The position numbers and the translations under genes are program-made. From positions 179,924 to 243,923 of the forward strand of contig JADJCS010000020.1 of NCBI GenBank assembly GCA_016703105.1: a stretch of DNA of 64,000 nt, given 5' to 3'. The notes beneath the pieces were generated by a model, which was not told the origin of the DNA, searched no databases, and was given only the letters and a program-made list of their open reading frames with translations. Positions 28,830 to 38,596 of the stretch are shown one piece after another; within the stretch, counting starts at the first letter, position 1; the number at the start of each line of letters is the position of its first letter. This DNA comes from Flavobacteriales bacterium. Its GTDB lineage: Bacteria; Bacteroidota; Bacteroidia; Flavobacteriales_F; PHOS-HE28.

Positions 28830-31531
28830 GGGCCCTCCTGCTGGTAGCTGTGCGGTTGAACGCGCAGTCGCCGCACGGCGAAGCCATGAAAATGGATTGC
28901 GCCCAGTGCCATGTACCGGCGGATTGGACGAGCATTTCGGACAGCATTCCGTTCGACCATGATCTGACGCGCTATCCGCTCGTAGGCACTCACGCACAGG
29001 TGGAGTGCAAGGCGTGCCACACAACGCTCGTCTTCGATGAGGCTCCCGACCAGTGCAGTGCCTGCCACACCGATATGCACGGCATGACCGTTGGCGATGA
29101 TTGTGCACGCTGCCACACACCCCGGAATTGGTTGGTTGATGCGATCCCTGAACTGCATGAGGAGAACGGGTTCCCCTTGATCGGTGCGCATGGCAATTTG
29201 AGCTGTGTGGACTGCCACACCTCGGAGACCGCGTTACGCTTTGACCGAATTGGCAATGACTGCATAAGTTGCCATGCGGATGATCTCCGGGCCACCCGGC
29301 ATCCGGACCACATCATGGCCGGATTTTCGGACGATTGCATCCAGTGCCATGATCCGTTGGGCTCTGGTTGGAACACGGAGATCGTCGATCACGACTTCTT
29401 CCCTCTCATTTTAGGGCACGCCATTTCCGACTGCGACCAGTGCCACACGGGAGGTTCTTTCTCCACCTCCTCGTCGGAGTGCGTCAGTTGCCACCAGAAC
29501 GACTTCTCAGGCACCGCCAACCCGGACCATACGGTTGCGGGATTCTCAACGGACTGCGCCACATGCCATACTATAAGCCCAGGGTGGACACCCGTGACCT
29601 ATGATCACAGTGGCTATCCATTGATCGGTGCGCACGCGTTGGTGCATGATTGTGACCAATGCCACAACGGCAATTACAACAACACGCCGAACACCTGCGA
29701 GGGCTGCCACCTGGCGGACTACAACGGCAGTGTCAACCCCAACCACACCGCTGCTGGCTTTTCCACGGATTGCGCGCAATGCCATGACGAGACGGCGTGG
29801 TCGCCGTCCGGTTATGATCACAACGGCTACCCACTGGTCGGGGCGCATACCACCGCAAGTTGCGATCAATGCCACAACGGCAATTACAACAACACGCCGA
29901 ACACCTGCGAGGGCTGCCACCTGGCGGACTACAATGGCAGTGCCAACCCCAACCACGCCGCTGCTGGCTTTTCCATGGATTGCGCGCAATGCCATGACGA
30001 GACGGCGTGGTCGCCGTCCGGCTATGATCACAACGGCTACCCGTTGGTCGGGGCGCATACCACCGCAAGTTGCGATCAATGCCACAACGGCAATTACAAC
30101 AACACGCCGAACACCTGCGAGGGCTGCCACCTGGCGGACTACAATGGCACCACCGCCCCGAACCACACTTCCGCACAGTTCACCACGGACTGCACGCAAT
30201 GCCACGACGAAGCGGCGTGGTCGCCGTCCTCATACGATCATGCGACCACGGGTTTCCCACTTACCGGCGGCCATGTCGGCGTTGACTGCGCGCAATGCCA
30301 CTCCAACGGTTACCAGGGTACACCGATCAACTGTGATGCCTGCCACATGCCGGACTACAATGGCACCACCAACCCGAACCATGCGGCGGCCCAGTTCCCT
30401 ACGGATTGCACGATCTGTCACGATGAGACCGCCTGGGGGAACTCGACCTTTGATCATGGCACGACCAGCTTCCCGTTGACCGGGGGCCACTCCGGCGTTG
30501 CCTGTACGCAATGCCATTCCAATGGGTACCAGGGTACACCGACCAACTGTGATGCCTGCCACATGCCGGACTACAATGGCACCACCGACCCGAACCATGC
30601 GGCGGCCCAGTTCCCCTCGGATTGCACGCAATGCCACGATGAGACAGCTTGGATCCCATCGAGCTATGACCACAACGGTTACCCACTGATGGGGTCGCAC
30701 GCCACGGTCAGCTGCGACCAATGTCACAATGGCAACTACAACAATACACCGAGCACATGCGACGGATGTCACATGCCGGACTATAACGGGACGACCAACC
30801 CGGACCATGCCGCAGCTCAGTTCCCTGTGGATTGTGCACTATGCCACGATGAGACGGCCTGGAACAATTCGACCTTCGATCATAGTACGACCGATTTTCC
30901 CCTGACAGGTGGCCATGCGGGCGTCAACTGCATCGCCTGCCATTCCAATGGCTATCAGAGTATACCGACCAACTGCGATGCCTGCCATATGCCGGATTAC
31001 AATGGCACCACCAACCCGGACCATGCCGCTGCCCAATTCCCCACCGACTGTGCGCAATGCCACAATGAAACTTCCTGGACCCCTTCTACGTTCGATCATA
31101 GCGCGACGGGCTTTGCGCTGACCGGAGGGCATGCGGGCGCGAGTTGTCTCCAGTGCCATTCCAACGGCTATCAAGGCACGCCGACGGATTGTGATGCGTG
31201 CCACATGGCGGATTTCAACGCCACCACCAACCCGGACCACCAGGCAGCCCAGTTCCCCACGGATTGCGCCCAGTGCCACAGTATATCGGCATGGTCGCCT
31301 TCCACGTTCGATCACGACGGGATGTACTTCCCGATCTATAGTGGAACGCACAACGGGGAGTGGAACACGTGCGTTGAATGCCACACCGACCCGAACGACT
31401 ATAGTGTGTTCAGTTGCATCGATTGCCATGAGCACGACGACCAAGCCCAGGTCGACAATGATCATAGCGGGGAGAACGGGTATTCGTACAACAGTGCCGC
31501 CTGCTTCAATTGCCATCCCAATGGGAATTGA
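28808..31531 (+). CDS. Giant multiheme c-type cytochrome, 37 CxxCH motifs in 907 aa; polymer of ~70-aa triheme (cytochrome-c7-like) modules
   Basis: Signal peptide 'MHRLPQIGALLLVAVRLNA'. 37 CxxCH counted. Repeated unit 'GYPLVGAH...CDQCHNGNYNNTP.TCEGCH.ADYNG..NPNH.AAGFS.DCAQCHDETAWSPS.YDHN'. Confidence 0.9.
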   Translation: MHRLPQIGALLLVAVRLNAQSPHGEAMKMDCAQCHVPADWTSISDSIPFDHDLTRYPLVGTHAQVECKACHTTLVFDEAPDQCSACHTDMHGMTVGDDCARCHTPRNWLVDAIPELHEENGFPLIGAHGNLSCVDCHTSETALRFDRIGNDCISCHADDLRATRHPDHIMAGFSDDCIQCHDPLGSGWNTEIVDHDFFPLILGHAISDCDQCHTGGSFSTSSSECVSCHQNDFSGTANPDHTVAGFSTDCATCHTISPGWTPVTYDHSGYPLIGAHALVHDCDQCHNGNYNNTPNTCEGCHLADYNGSVNPNHTAAGFSTDCAQCHDETAWSPSGYDHNGYPLVGAHTTASCDQCHNGNYNNTPNTCEGCHLADYNGSANPNHAAAGFSMDCAQCHDETAWSPSGYDHNGYPLVGAHTTASCDQCHNGNYNNTPNTCEGCHLADYNGTTAPNHTSAQFTTDCTQCHDEAAWSPSSYDHATTGFPLTGGHVGVDCAQCHSNGYQGTPINCDACHMPDYNGTTNPNHAAAQFPTDCTICHDETAWGNSTFDHGTTSFPLTGGHSGVACTQCHSNGYQGTPTNCDACHMPDYNGTTDPNHAAAQFPSDCTQCHDETAWIPSSYDHNGYPLMGSHATVSCDQCHNGNYNNTPSTCDGCHMPDYNGTTNPDHAAAQFPVDCALCHDETAWNNSTFDHSTTDFPLTGGHAGVNCIACHSNGYQSIPTNCDACHMPDYNGTTNPDHAAAQFPTDCAQCHNETSWTPSTFDHSATGFALTGGHAGASCLQCHSNGYQGTPTDCDACHMADFNATTNPDHQAAQFPTDCAQCHSISAWSPSTFDHDGMYFPIYSGTHNGEWNTCVECHTDPNDYSVFSCIDCHEHDDQAQVDNDHSGENGYSYNSAACFNCHPNGN
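29657..30150 (+). repeat. In-frame tandem DNA repeat, period 210 nt, ~2.4 copies at ~97-98% identity, inside the 37-heme cytochrome gene
   Basis: 'caatgccacaacggcaattacaacaacacgccgaacacctgcgagggctgccacctggcggactacaa' recurs at ~29657, ~29867 and ~30077. Confidence 0.85.
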
Positions 31532-31559
31532 ACGTACGACGCGGATCCGCAGCAAGGCC

Positions 31560-33029
31560 ATGGGACCATGGTTGCGAGGGATCTGTGTAGCGTTCCTTTC
31601 GGCCGTCGGGATGGTCCCGATCAATGTCCTGGCGCAATCGCCGCACGGCGAGGCGATGAAGATCGATTGTGCCGCATGCCACGTACCTGACGGTTGGAGC
31701 GCCATGCGGGACTCGCTGACGTTCGATCACGGGCAGACCCATTTTCCATTGATAGGCGTCCATGACCAGGTGGACTGCAGGTCCTGCCACGCTTCATTGG
31801 TCTTCAGTGAGGCCCCGCCGGACGATTGCATTTCGTGCCACACGGATGTACACAGTATGTCCGTGGGTGACGATTGTGCCCGGTGCCATACGCCGGTGAG
31901 CTGGCTGGTCGACGACATACCTGAGCTGCACGAGCAGAACGGGTTCGCTTTGGTCGGGGTGCATAGCAATTTGAGCTGTGTGGATTGTCACATTTCGGAC
32001 AACGGCAACACATTCATCAGGCTTGGCAATGATTGCATCAATTGCCACCAAGCGGATTACCTCGCCACCAAGAGCCCTGATCATATGTTGGCGGGATTCT
32101 CCGCGAACTGCGTGGAGTGCCATGATCCACTTGGCTTCGGCTGGGCGACCGATCTCGTTGACCACGATTTCTTTCCGCTCACTCTGGGGCACGACATCGG
32201 TGATTGCGCGCGCTGCCATACCACCGGCGATCTCTCGGCCGTATCGCCCGAATGCGTGAGCTGCCATCAGCAGGACTACAACAGCACAACGAACCCGAAC
32301 CACGCGGCTTCCGGATTCTCCACCGATTGCGCCTCCTGCCATACGACCGATCCGGGGTGGACACCAGCGACGTTCGATCACGATGCACAGTTCTTCCCCA
32401 TCTACAGCGGATCGCACAACGGCCAATGGAGCGCGTGCACGGACTGCCACACGAACCCCAATGACTTCTCGGTGTTCACATGCACCGGATGCCACGTGAA
32501 CCCCCAGACCGACGGCGACCACAATGGCATGCCCGGTTATGTCTATGAGAGCAATGCCTGCCTGGCCTGCCACCCGAACGGGGATGCCTTCGGCTTTGAC
32601 CACAACACCACCGATTTCCCCCTCCAAGGGGGTCACGTCGGCGTTAACTGCACCGAGTGCCACGCGAATGGCTATGCGGGCACGCCCACCAACTGCGACG
32701 CGTGCCACATGGACGATTACAACGGCACCACCAACCCGAACCATAGCGGCGCCCAGTTCCCCACGGATTGCGCGCAATGCCACAATGAAACCGCGTGGAC
32801 CCCGGCCAACTTCGATCACGACAACCAGTACTTCCCGATCTATAGCGGGAACCACAACGGCGAATGGAACACCTGTTCTAGTTGCCACACCAACAGCAAC
32901 GACTACAGTGTCTTCAGCTGCATTATCTGCCACGACGACGAGGCACAATTAGCCGACGATCACAGCGGTGAGAACGGATACGCGTTCAACAGCAATGCAT
33001 GCTTCTCATGCCATCCCAGCGGGAACTAG
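31560..33029 (+). CDS. Multiheme c-type cytochrome, 19 CxxCH motifs in 489 aa; paralog of the 37-heme protein with shared N- and C-terminal modules
   Basis: Start at the in-frame ATG just after the upstream stop. Signal peptide 'MGPWLRGICVAFLSAVGMVPINVLAQSPHGEAMKIDCAACH' parallels '..AQSPHGEAMKMDCAQCH' of the upstream gene. The C-terminal '..YSVFSCIICHDDEAQLADDHSGENGYAFNSNACFSCHPSGN' is also shared. Confidence 0.85.
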   Translation: MGPWLRGICVAFLSAVGMVPINVLAQSPHGEAMKIDCAACHVPDGWSAMRDSLTFDHGQTHFPLIGVHDQVDCRSCHASLVFSEAPPDDCISCHTDVHSMSVGDDCARCHTPVSWLVDDIPELHEQNGFALVGVHSNLSCVDCHISDNGNTFIRLGNDCINCHQADYLATKSPDHMLAGFSANCVECHDPLGFGWATDLVDHDFFPLTLGHDIGDCARCHTTGDLSAVSPECVSCHQQDYNSTTNPNHAASGFSTDCASCHTTDPGWTPATFDHDAQFFPIYSGSHNGQWSACTDCHTNPNDFSVFTCTGCHVNPQTDGDHNGMPGYVYESNACLACHPNGDAFGFDHNTTDFPLQGGHVGVNCTECHANGYAGTPTNCDACHMDDYNGTTNPNHSGAQFPTDCAQCHNETAWTPANFDHDNQYFPIYSGNHNGEWNTCSSCHTNSNDYSVFSCIICHDDEAQLADDHSGENGYAFNSNACFSCHPSGN

Positions 33030-33031
33030 CG

Positions 33032-34630
33032 ATGGCTATGCGAACCCTCACGCTTTGGTCCCTTCTCCTGGTCGTATCCGGTTGCTTCGGGCAGGACGCG
33101 CTGCAGGGTGAGGTCACCTTCATCACGGCGAACAACGTGTATGTCAACTTCGGAACTACGGCCGCCATCGCGATCGGGGATACCCTTCACGTGGTGAAGG
33201 GTACAGAGGTCAGTCCCTGCTTGGTGGTGACCACCAAGTCCACCACCTCATGCCTCTGTACCGTCGTTGCGGGGTGCAAGGTCCAGAAGAACGACAAGGT
33301 CGTGCTTAGGACCCCGCATCCCGTTGTGCCGCCTTCGGGTCGGTCGACCGGGAAGGCGGAGAAAGGTCCCGCCGCCGAGAAGGTCCGTGACAATGGCGAA
33401 CGTTATCGAGGCCGGCTTTCGGCGACGAGCTATAGTACGATCCCATCGGCGAGGGAGAACGATCACCGGGTGATGTACCGCCTTTCGGCCAATGCGGACC
33501 GTATCGGCGGCTCCAAGTTCTCCGCCGAGACCTACTTGAACTACCGGCAGTTGTTCCCGGCGGGGGAGAGCAAGTATCCGCAGCGCACGGAGTTTTTCAA
33601 CGTGTATAGCTTGGCGGTGAACTATGCCCCGGACTCCACTTTCTCGATCACGCTCGGGAGGAGGGTCAATAACAGCGCATCCTCCTTGGGGGCCATTGAT
33701 GGATTGCAGGTGGAGAAGCACTTCGGCGGTTTCTTCACGGGCGTGATCGCCGGGTCCCGGCCTGATATCATCGATTACGGCTTGAACGTCGGCCTGCTTG
33801 AATACGGGGGCTACCTGGGATATGCCCGGAGCGCGGAGAAGTTGGATACGCGAACGACATTGGGGCTTTTGCAGCAGACCAATGCGGGACCGGTCGATAG
33901 GAGGTACGCCTACTTTCAGCATAGCTCCACGTTCTGGAACGACCTCAACATCTTCGGTTCCTTTGAGCTCGATCTCTACGGTTTGGTGGATGGTGCACCT
34001 ACCACCAAGGCCCGACTGACCAACTTCTATCTCTCTTCCCGCTATCGGTTCGGAAAGCGGGTCGATCTGTTCGCTTCCTATGATGCCCGGAGGCGTATCG
34101 TTTACTACGAAACCTATCGGAGCGATATTGAGATGCTGCTGGACGATGATGACGCGATGCAGGGTGCCCGCTTGCGGTTGAACGTGCGTCCGATCAAGGA
34201 TATCAGTTTGAGCGCGAGCTACAGCAAGCGGTTCGAAAGTGATGGAGGGAACAGGTCGGACAATATCAACGGCTACATCACCTTTTCCAAGGTCCCTGCC
34301 ATTGGTGGGCGCTGGTCTGTGCAGGTGAACCGGAACACATCGAGCTATGTGAGGAGCGATGTACTATCCGTGCGGCATTCGCGGATGCTCGTCAAGAAGC
34401 GGATGAACGCGAGCGTATATTTCCGTATGGCGAACTACAGGTACTCCACCCTCCTTGATGTGGAGGGGGTTCCCATGGAACGGCACCAGAAGTTCTATGG
34501 CGTCGATCTCTCCTACAACATCCTGCCCAAGTTGGTGTTCAGTGTGTTGGGCGAACTCTCGACCATGGGCGATGAACAGAACTACAGAGTGAACGTGAGC
34601 ATCACAAAACGTTTCGACAGTAAGAGATAG
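33032..34630 (+). CDS. Predicted outer-membrane beta-barrel protein (candidate porin partner of the cytochromes)
   Basis: Signal peptide 'MAMRTLTLWSLLLVVSGCFG'. ~530 aa with many alternating-hydrophobicity stretches ('YSLAVNYAPDSTFSITLG', 'VDLSYNILPKLVFSVLGEL', 'YRVNVSITKRF'). Starts 3 nt after the cytochrome stop. Confidence 0.55.
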   Translation: MAMRTLTLWSLLLVVSGCFGQDALQGEVTFITANNVYVNFGTTAAIAIGDTLHVVKGTEVSPCLVVTTKSTTSCLCTVVAGCKVQKNDKVVLRTPHPVVPPSGRSTGKAEKGPAAEKVRDNGERYRGRLSATSYSTIPSARENDHRVMYRLSANADRIGGSKFSAETYLNYRQLFPAGESKYPQRTEFFNVYSLAVNYAPDSTFSITLGRRVNNSASSLGAIDGLQVEKHFGGFFTGVIAGSRPDIIDYGLNVGLLEYGGYLGYARSAEKLDTRTTLGLLQQTNAGPVDRRYAYFQHSSTFWNDLNIFGSFELDLYGLVDGAPTTKARLTNFYLSSRYRFGKRVDLFASYDARRRIVYYETYRSDIEMLLDDDDAMQGARLRLNVRPIKDISLSASYSKRFESDGGNRSDNINGYITFSKVPAIGGRWSVQVNRNTSSYVRSDVLSVRHSRMLVKKRMNASVYFRMANYRYSTLLDVEGVPMERHQKFYGVDLSYNILPKLVFSVLGELSTMGDEQNYRVNVSITKRFDSKR

Positions 34631-34631
34631 G

Positions 34632-35414
34632 ATGATGAACAAGAAGATCGGATACATGTACGCATCGATCATCTGTGGGGTCATGGTGACCGCATGCGAT
34701 GACGGTCCCAAGACCATTGCCTCGGAAAAGTCCAATGAGGGCACTACCGGGGTCTTCTCCGGAAATGCGGAGGATGCGTCCCAAGGGGCCGCTATGACCG
34801 GCGCAGGGGTGGGGGCGGACGTGCACTCGATCACCGCGCTCGAAGTGCTTCCAACGACGAAGTACGTATACGTGCGTGCGAAGGAGGGCGATGAGGAGTT
34901 CTGGATCGCGTCCACCAAACAGGAGGTCGTGGTGGGCAGAACCTACTTCTACCGTGGCGGACTTCTGAAGACCGATTTTCAGAGCAAGGAGTACAACAGA
35001 ACGTTCGAGAAACTGTATTTGATCTCGCAGCTCGTTCCTTCCGACCATGGCAGCCAAGGTTCGGGTATGCCACCATCCACGCCGTTCACTCCTACCCAGC
35101 AGGAGCCGGCATCGCCGATCATCAGCGAAGGATCCGTGAAGATCTCCGAACTATTGGCGGACCCGAAGAAGTTCGCCGGAAGGTCCGTTCAGGTCAGTGG
35201 CACCTGCACCAAGGTGAACCCGAACATCATGGGTCGTAATTGGGTCCATTTGAACGATGGCACCAACAAGGACCAAGACCTTGTCGTTACCACGGACGTG
35301 CTGATCCCGGAGGGCCATGCCGTAACCATGGTGGGCACCGTGGCGCTGGACAAGGACTTTGGCGCGGGGTATCAGTACGGTATCCTCTTGGAAGGCGGTA
35401 CGCTGGTGAAGTAG
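34632..35414 (+). CDS. Lipoprotein (lipobox 'VTAC'), possibly with an OB-fold-like C-terminal domain; last gene of the cytochrome operon
   Basis: 'MMNKKIGYMYASIICGVMVTACDDG' is a signal peptide with a lipobox Cys. Starts 2 nt after the beta-barrel stop. Confidence 0.55.
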   Translation: MMNKKIGYMYASIICGVMVTACDDGPKTIASEKSNEGTTGVFSGNAEDASQGAAMTGAGVGADVHSITALEVLPTTKYVYVRAKEGDEEFWIASTKQEVVVGRTYFYRGGLLKTDFQSKEYNRTFEKLYLISQLVPSDHGSQGSGMPPSTPFTPTQQEPASPIISEGSVKISELLADPKKFAGRSVQVSGTCTKVNPNIMGRNWVHLNDGTNKDQDLVVTTDVLIPEGHAVTMVGTVALDKDFGAGYQYGILLEGGTLVK

Positions 35415-35434
35415 GCGCTGGTACCGGGCATCGA

Positions 35435-38400
35435 CTAGGAGAACAAGCGGAACGCCCGCTTCCGCACAAAGGCGATCAGACCAATGATCACCAGCACCAT
35501 GACCCCGATGTACACCCATTGCGGTACCGGCACTGGATCGCCGGCGGCATAGGAGTGGAGACCTGAGAGGTAGTAGTTCACCCCGTAGTAGGTCATGATC
35601 ACGGTGGCTAACCCGAAGAGCGAGGCCACATTGTAGGCGTACAGGCCCTGCAGCTTCGGGATGAGCCGCATGTGCAGGATGAACGCATAGACCAGGATGG
35701 TGACCAAGGCCCAGGTCTCCTTCGCATCCCAACCCCAGTAGCGTCCCCAGGATTCGTTGGCCCACACCCCACCGAGGTAGGTGCCGATGCTGATCATGAA
35801 CAAGCCCCCGATCAAGGTCATCTCACTGAGGTAGGACATTTCCTTCACGACCTTGTGGATGCGTTTCTCGTTGTGTTTCGAGAGGAAGATCATCAGGATG
35901 AGGTTGATCAAGCCGATCACCGCGCCCAGCATGAGGAAGCCGTAGCTCCCCGCCTCCAATGAGACGTGGATGGTCAACCAGTAGGAACGCAACACCGGGA
36001 CCAACGGGGTGATCTCCGGGTCCAGGTAGCTCAACATGGCCACGAGCAGTACCGTTGCCGCAAGGATCATGGTCGCTGCGGATCCACCAAAGGATCTCCT
36101 GGTGAACAGGATACCCGCCAGCACCGTGGTCCAGGCGATGTAGATCATCGACTCATAGCCATTGCTCCACGGTGCACGTTCGGAGACGTACCAACGCAGG
36201 CCAAGACCGATCGTGTGCAGGAAGAACCCGAACAGCAGGAGCACGAGCAGCACTTTCTGGACCTTCCGCAGGTCAACGGCGGGTTTGAAGACCGAAAAGA
36301 ACATCAGGAAAAGGAAGGCCACACCCAGGGAGGTGTAGAACAAGGCCAACCGGTTGAAGACGTTCAGTTCGTTCAGCAAGATCTCCGCTCCGATCCGCGC
36401 AGTGCTGGGGACCACGGCCGCACCTTGCTCCTTTTGGTAAGCACTGAGTTCGTTCAGCAGCTTATCAGGAAGTGCATAGTTGCCGGTGGACATGGCCTCC
36501 CGCAACGCATGGACGTATGTGGAGAAGAACCGGTCCGCAACGGGGTCGTTACCATGTTCGTGACCGTCCGATCGCGCACCGACCCAGGTATTGTTGGGGT
36601 CACCCGGCACCGGTATGATCTTGAGCATTCCGCCCCCCAGCACCATGTTCATGATGTTCAAGCGTTCATCCACTTTCATCAGGTCCTTCTCGTAGACCCC
36701 GCGATCGATGGGTTGCATCGCGTTGACCCTGCTGACCTCATCGCGAAGCACGTAGTCGCCGTTCGAATCGAAGAAGTCCTCGTACGCGGCCAGTGGGCCC
36801 GGGACCCCCAACTGCTCGTGTATCTTCTGGTGTTCACCCAGCTTGATCATCGGGACCGCGATCCAGTCCTTGCTACTTGCCAACATCCCCAGGACCACCT
36901 GGTCGGCGGACAGGTCGTTGATGCGCTCCTTGCGGTACACCTTGCGCATCACCTCGCGCGTCAGTGTGTGCATCGGTTTCATTCGCCCTCGATGGTCCTG
37001 GACCACGATCCTGCTGAAACGTTCGGCATGCGCGGCGTCCACGATGTTCAGGTTGTTACGCTGATCGATCACCTTTTGCGCCTGGGCCAGCGTGGGTGCC
37101 GAGAGCAGGGCCAGCACCAACACCGGCACCGTGGTCGTCCTCCTCATCATTTCGATGTTCTCCGAAAGCTTGTGGAACCGGCTCTTCTTGCTCAAGAGGG
37201 ACATGATCATGCCGATGGTCAGCAGGATGTAGCCGATGTAAGAGATCCAGGTCCCCCAGAAGTCGTGGTTCACGCTCAGATATGTCCCAAGCTCATCCTG
37301 GTCGAAGGAGGACTGGAAGAAACGATAGCCATCGTGGTCCAGAACGTTGTTCATGAAGATGCGGTGGTCCTCCTTCACGTCCGCTCGCTCATCTATCAAC
37401 TGTACCTCACTGGCATAGGAGGTGGCGCTGTTGGTGCCAGGGTAGCGCTCCATGATGAAGTCATAGAGCTTCAGGGAGAAGGGGAGGGGAATGTCCTTGG
37501 CCCCATAGGATATGGCCACGTCCATGTCATCCGCATGCGCGACCGCGGGTCTGCCGGCCATGCCCTTCTGCCCATAGACCATCAGTTCCTGCGCGGTGCC
37601 ATTCACCTTCACCACCATCCGAAGTGCGGTCAGGCTTTCGTTCTTCACCTTGGGACCTTCGGATCCGAGTTTGACGACGGCTTGTTCCTTGAAGTCTCCG
37701 AAGACAAATCCATTGGTCCCGTCGTTGTACATGGAGCGAAGCCGCAACGGATGATAGGCTTCCCGTGGATACAATGTGTCCGTGGTCCGCGTGGCCATCA
37801 CGGTCTGTACCAATGCCCTATCCGACTTGATAAGAAGGGAATCGTTCCGGTAGGCGATGTTCACGGCCTCCGGGAGGAGCGCTTCTGTGAAGTTGAAGAG
37901 CACGTTGTGGTACCGCCTGGTCTCTCCGGCGCTGACATAGTATTCCTCCCGACCGCCCATGCCCGCGAACACCACCTTGATGGTCGGCTTGCCGTTCGGA
38001 GCCTCCTCCAATAGCTGCTTGGGATTCGGTATGAACTCTTGGACCTCCGCCTCGATCAGATCATCGCCGATGAGATATGAACCCCTCCAATCGTTGTTCC
38101 CCAAAGTCGAAAAAAGCACGGGTTCATCGAAATGATAGACCTGCTCGCCCTGCCTCACTTGAAAAAGCAAATAGGTCTCCGCCGAAAGGAAACTGTTCGA
38201 CGATCCGTTCTCCCGGATATGCATGATGCCCTCGTAGCCGAAGTACCGTGTAACGCCCGCGCCGATCAGGATCACGATCATGGCCAGGTGGAACGTGAGC
38301 AAGGCCCACTTCCGCTGCCGCACCATCTTGAACCGCACCACGTTCACCATGATGGTGATGGCGAAAAGGACGAGCAGGAGCGAGAACCACGAGGACTTAT

Positions 38401-38596
38401 AGATGACGTGCTGTGCCGAACTGGTGCCGAAGTCGTTCTCCAAGAAGGTGCCTACGCCGATCGAGGCGGCGAACAATAGGATGTACAGCCCCGCAGCGCG
38501 GGTGGTGAACATTGGCGCGAGAACCTTCTGCACACCGGTTCGGAGGGTGATGAGCATCTTCTTCGTTCGGGATGAGGTTGCCATGGATCGTGTCAT
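35435..38596 (-). CDS. ccsBA: System II cytochrome c biogenesis protein, fused CcsB(ResB)-CcsA (CcsBA) heme exporter/lyase
   Basis: 1053 aa. N-terminal ResB-like TMs plus a large periplasmic domain. C-terminal CcsA with the Trp-rich WWD motif 'WGRYWGWDAKETWALVT' and conserved His. This fused form is typical of Bacteroidota. Confidence 0.9.
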   Translation of the reverse strand: MTRSMATSSRTKKMLITLRTGVQKVLAPMFTTRAAGLYILLFAASIGVGTFLENDFGTSSAQHVIYKSSWFSLLLVLFAITIMVNVVRFKMVRQRKWALLTFHLAMIVILIGAGVTRYFGYEGIMHIRENGSSNSFLSAETYLLFQVRQGEQVYHFDEPVLFSTLGNNDWRGSYLIGDDLIEAEVQEFIPNPKQLLEEAPNGKPTIKVVFAGMGGREEYYVSAGETRRYHNVLFNFTEALLPEAVNIAYRNDSLLIKSDRALVQTVMATRTTDTLYPREAYHPLRLRSMYNDGTNGFVFGDFKEQAVVKLGSEGPKVKNESLTALRMVVKVNGTAQELMVYGQKGMAGRPAVAHADDMDVAISYGAKDIPLPFSLKLYDFIMERYPGTNSATSYASEVQLIDERADVKEDHRIFMNNVLDHDGYRFFQSSFDQDELGTYLSVNHDFWGTWISYIGYILLTIGMIMSLLSKKSRFHKLSENIEMMRRTTTVPVLVLALLSAPTLAQAQKVIDQRNNLNIVDAAHAERFSRIVVQDHRGRMKPMHTLTREVMRKVYRKERINDLSADQVVLGMLASSKDWIAVPMIKLGEHQKIHEQLGVPGPLAAYEDFFDSNGDYVLRDEVSRVNAMQPIDRGVYEKDLMKVDERLNIMNMVLGGGMLKIIPVPGDPNNTWVGARSDGHEHGNDPVADRFFSTYVHALREAMSTGNYALPDKLLNELSAYQKEQGAAVVPSTARIGAEILLNELNVFNRLALFYTSLGVAFLFLMFFSVFKPAVDLRKVQKVLLVLLLFGFFLHTIGLGLRWYVSERAPWSNGYESMIYIAWTTVLAGILFTRRSFGGSAATMILAATVLLVAMLSYLDPEITPLVPVLRSYWLTIHVSLEAGSYGFLMLGAVIGLINLILMIFLSKHNEKRIHKVVKEMSYLSEMTLIGGLFMISIGTYLGGVWANESWGRYWGWDAKETWALVTILVYAFILHMRLIPKLQGLYAYNVASLFGLATVIMTYYGVNYYLSGLHSYAAGDPVPVPQWVYIGVMVLVIIGLIAFVRKRAFRLFS

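Noticed and set aside
29657-30150. Possible CRISPR-like repeat array
   Set aside because: The repeats have a 210-nt period, are contiguous without spacers, and are in-frame inside a cytochrome gene, encoding repeated triheme modules; this is not a CRISPR array.
31131-31559. Upstream extension of the 19-heme cytochrome ORF to 31131
   Set aside because: The extension overlaps the 37-heme gene in another frame and encodes a Thr/Arg/Pro-rich artefact. The conserved signal peptide begins at the ATG at 31560, just after the upstream stop.
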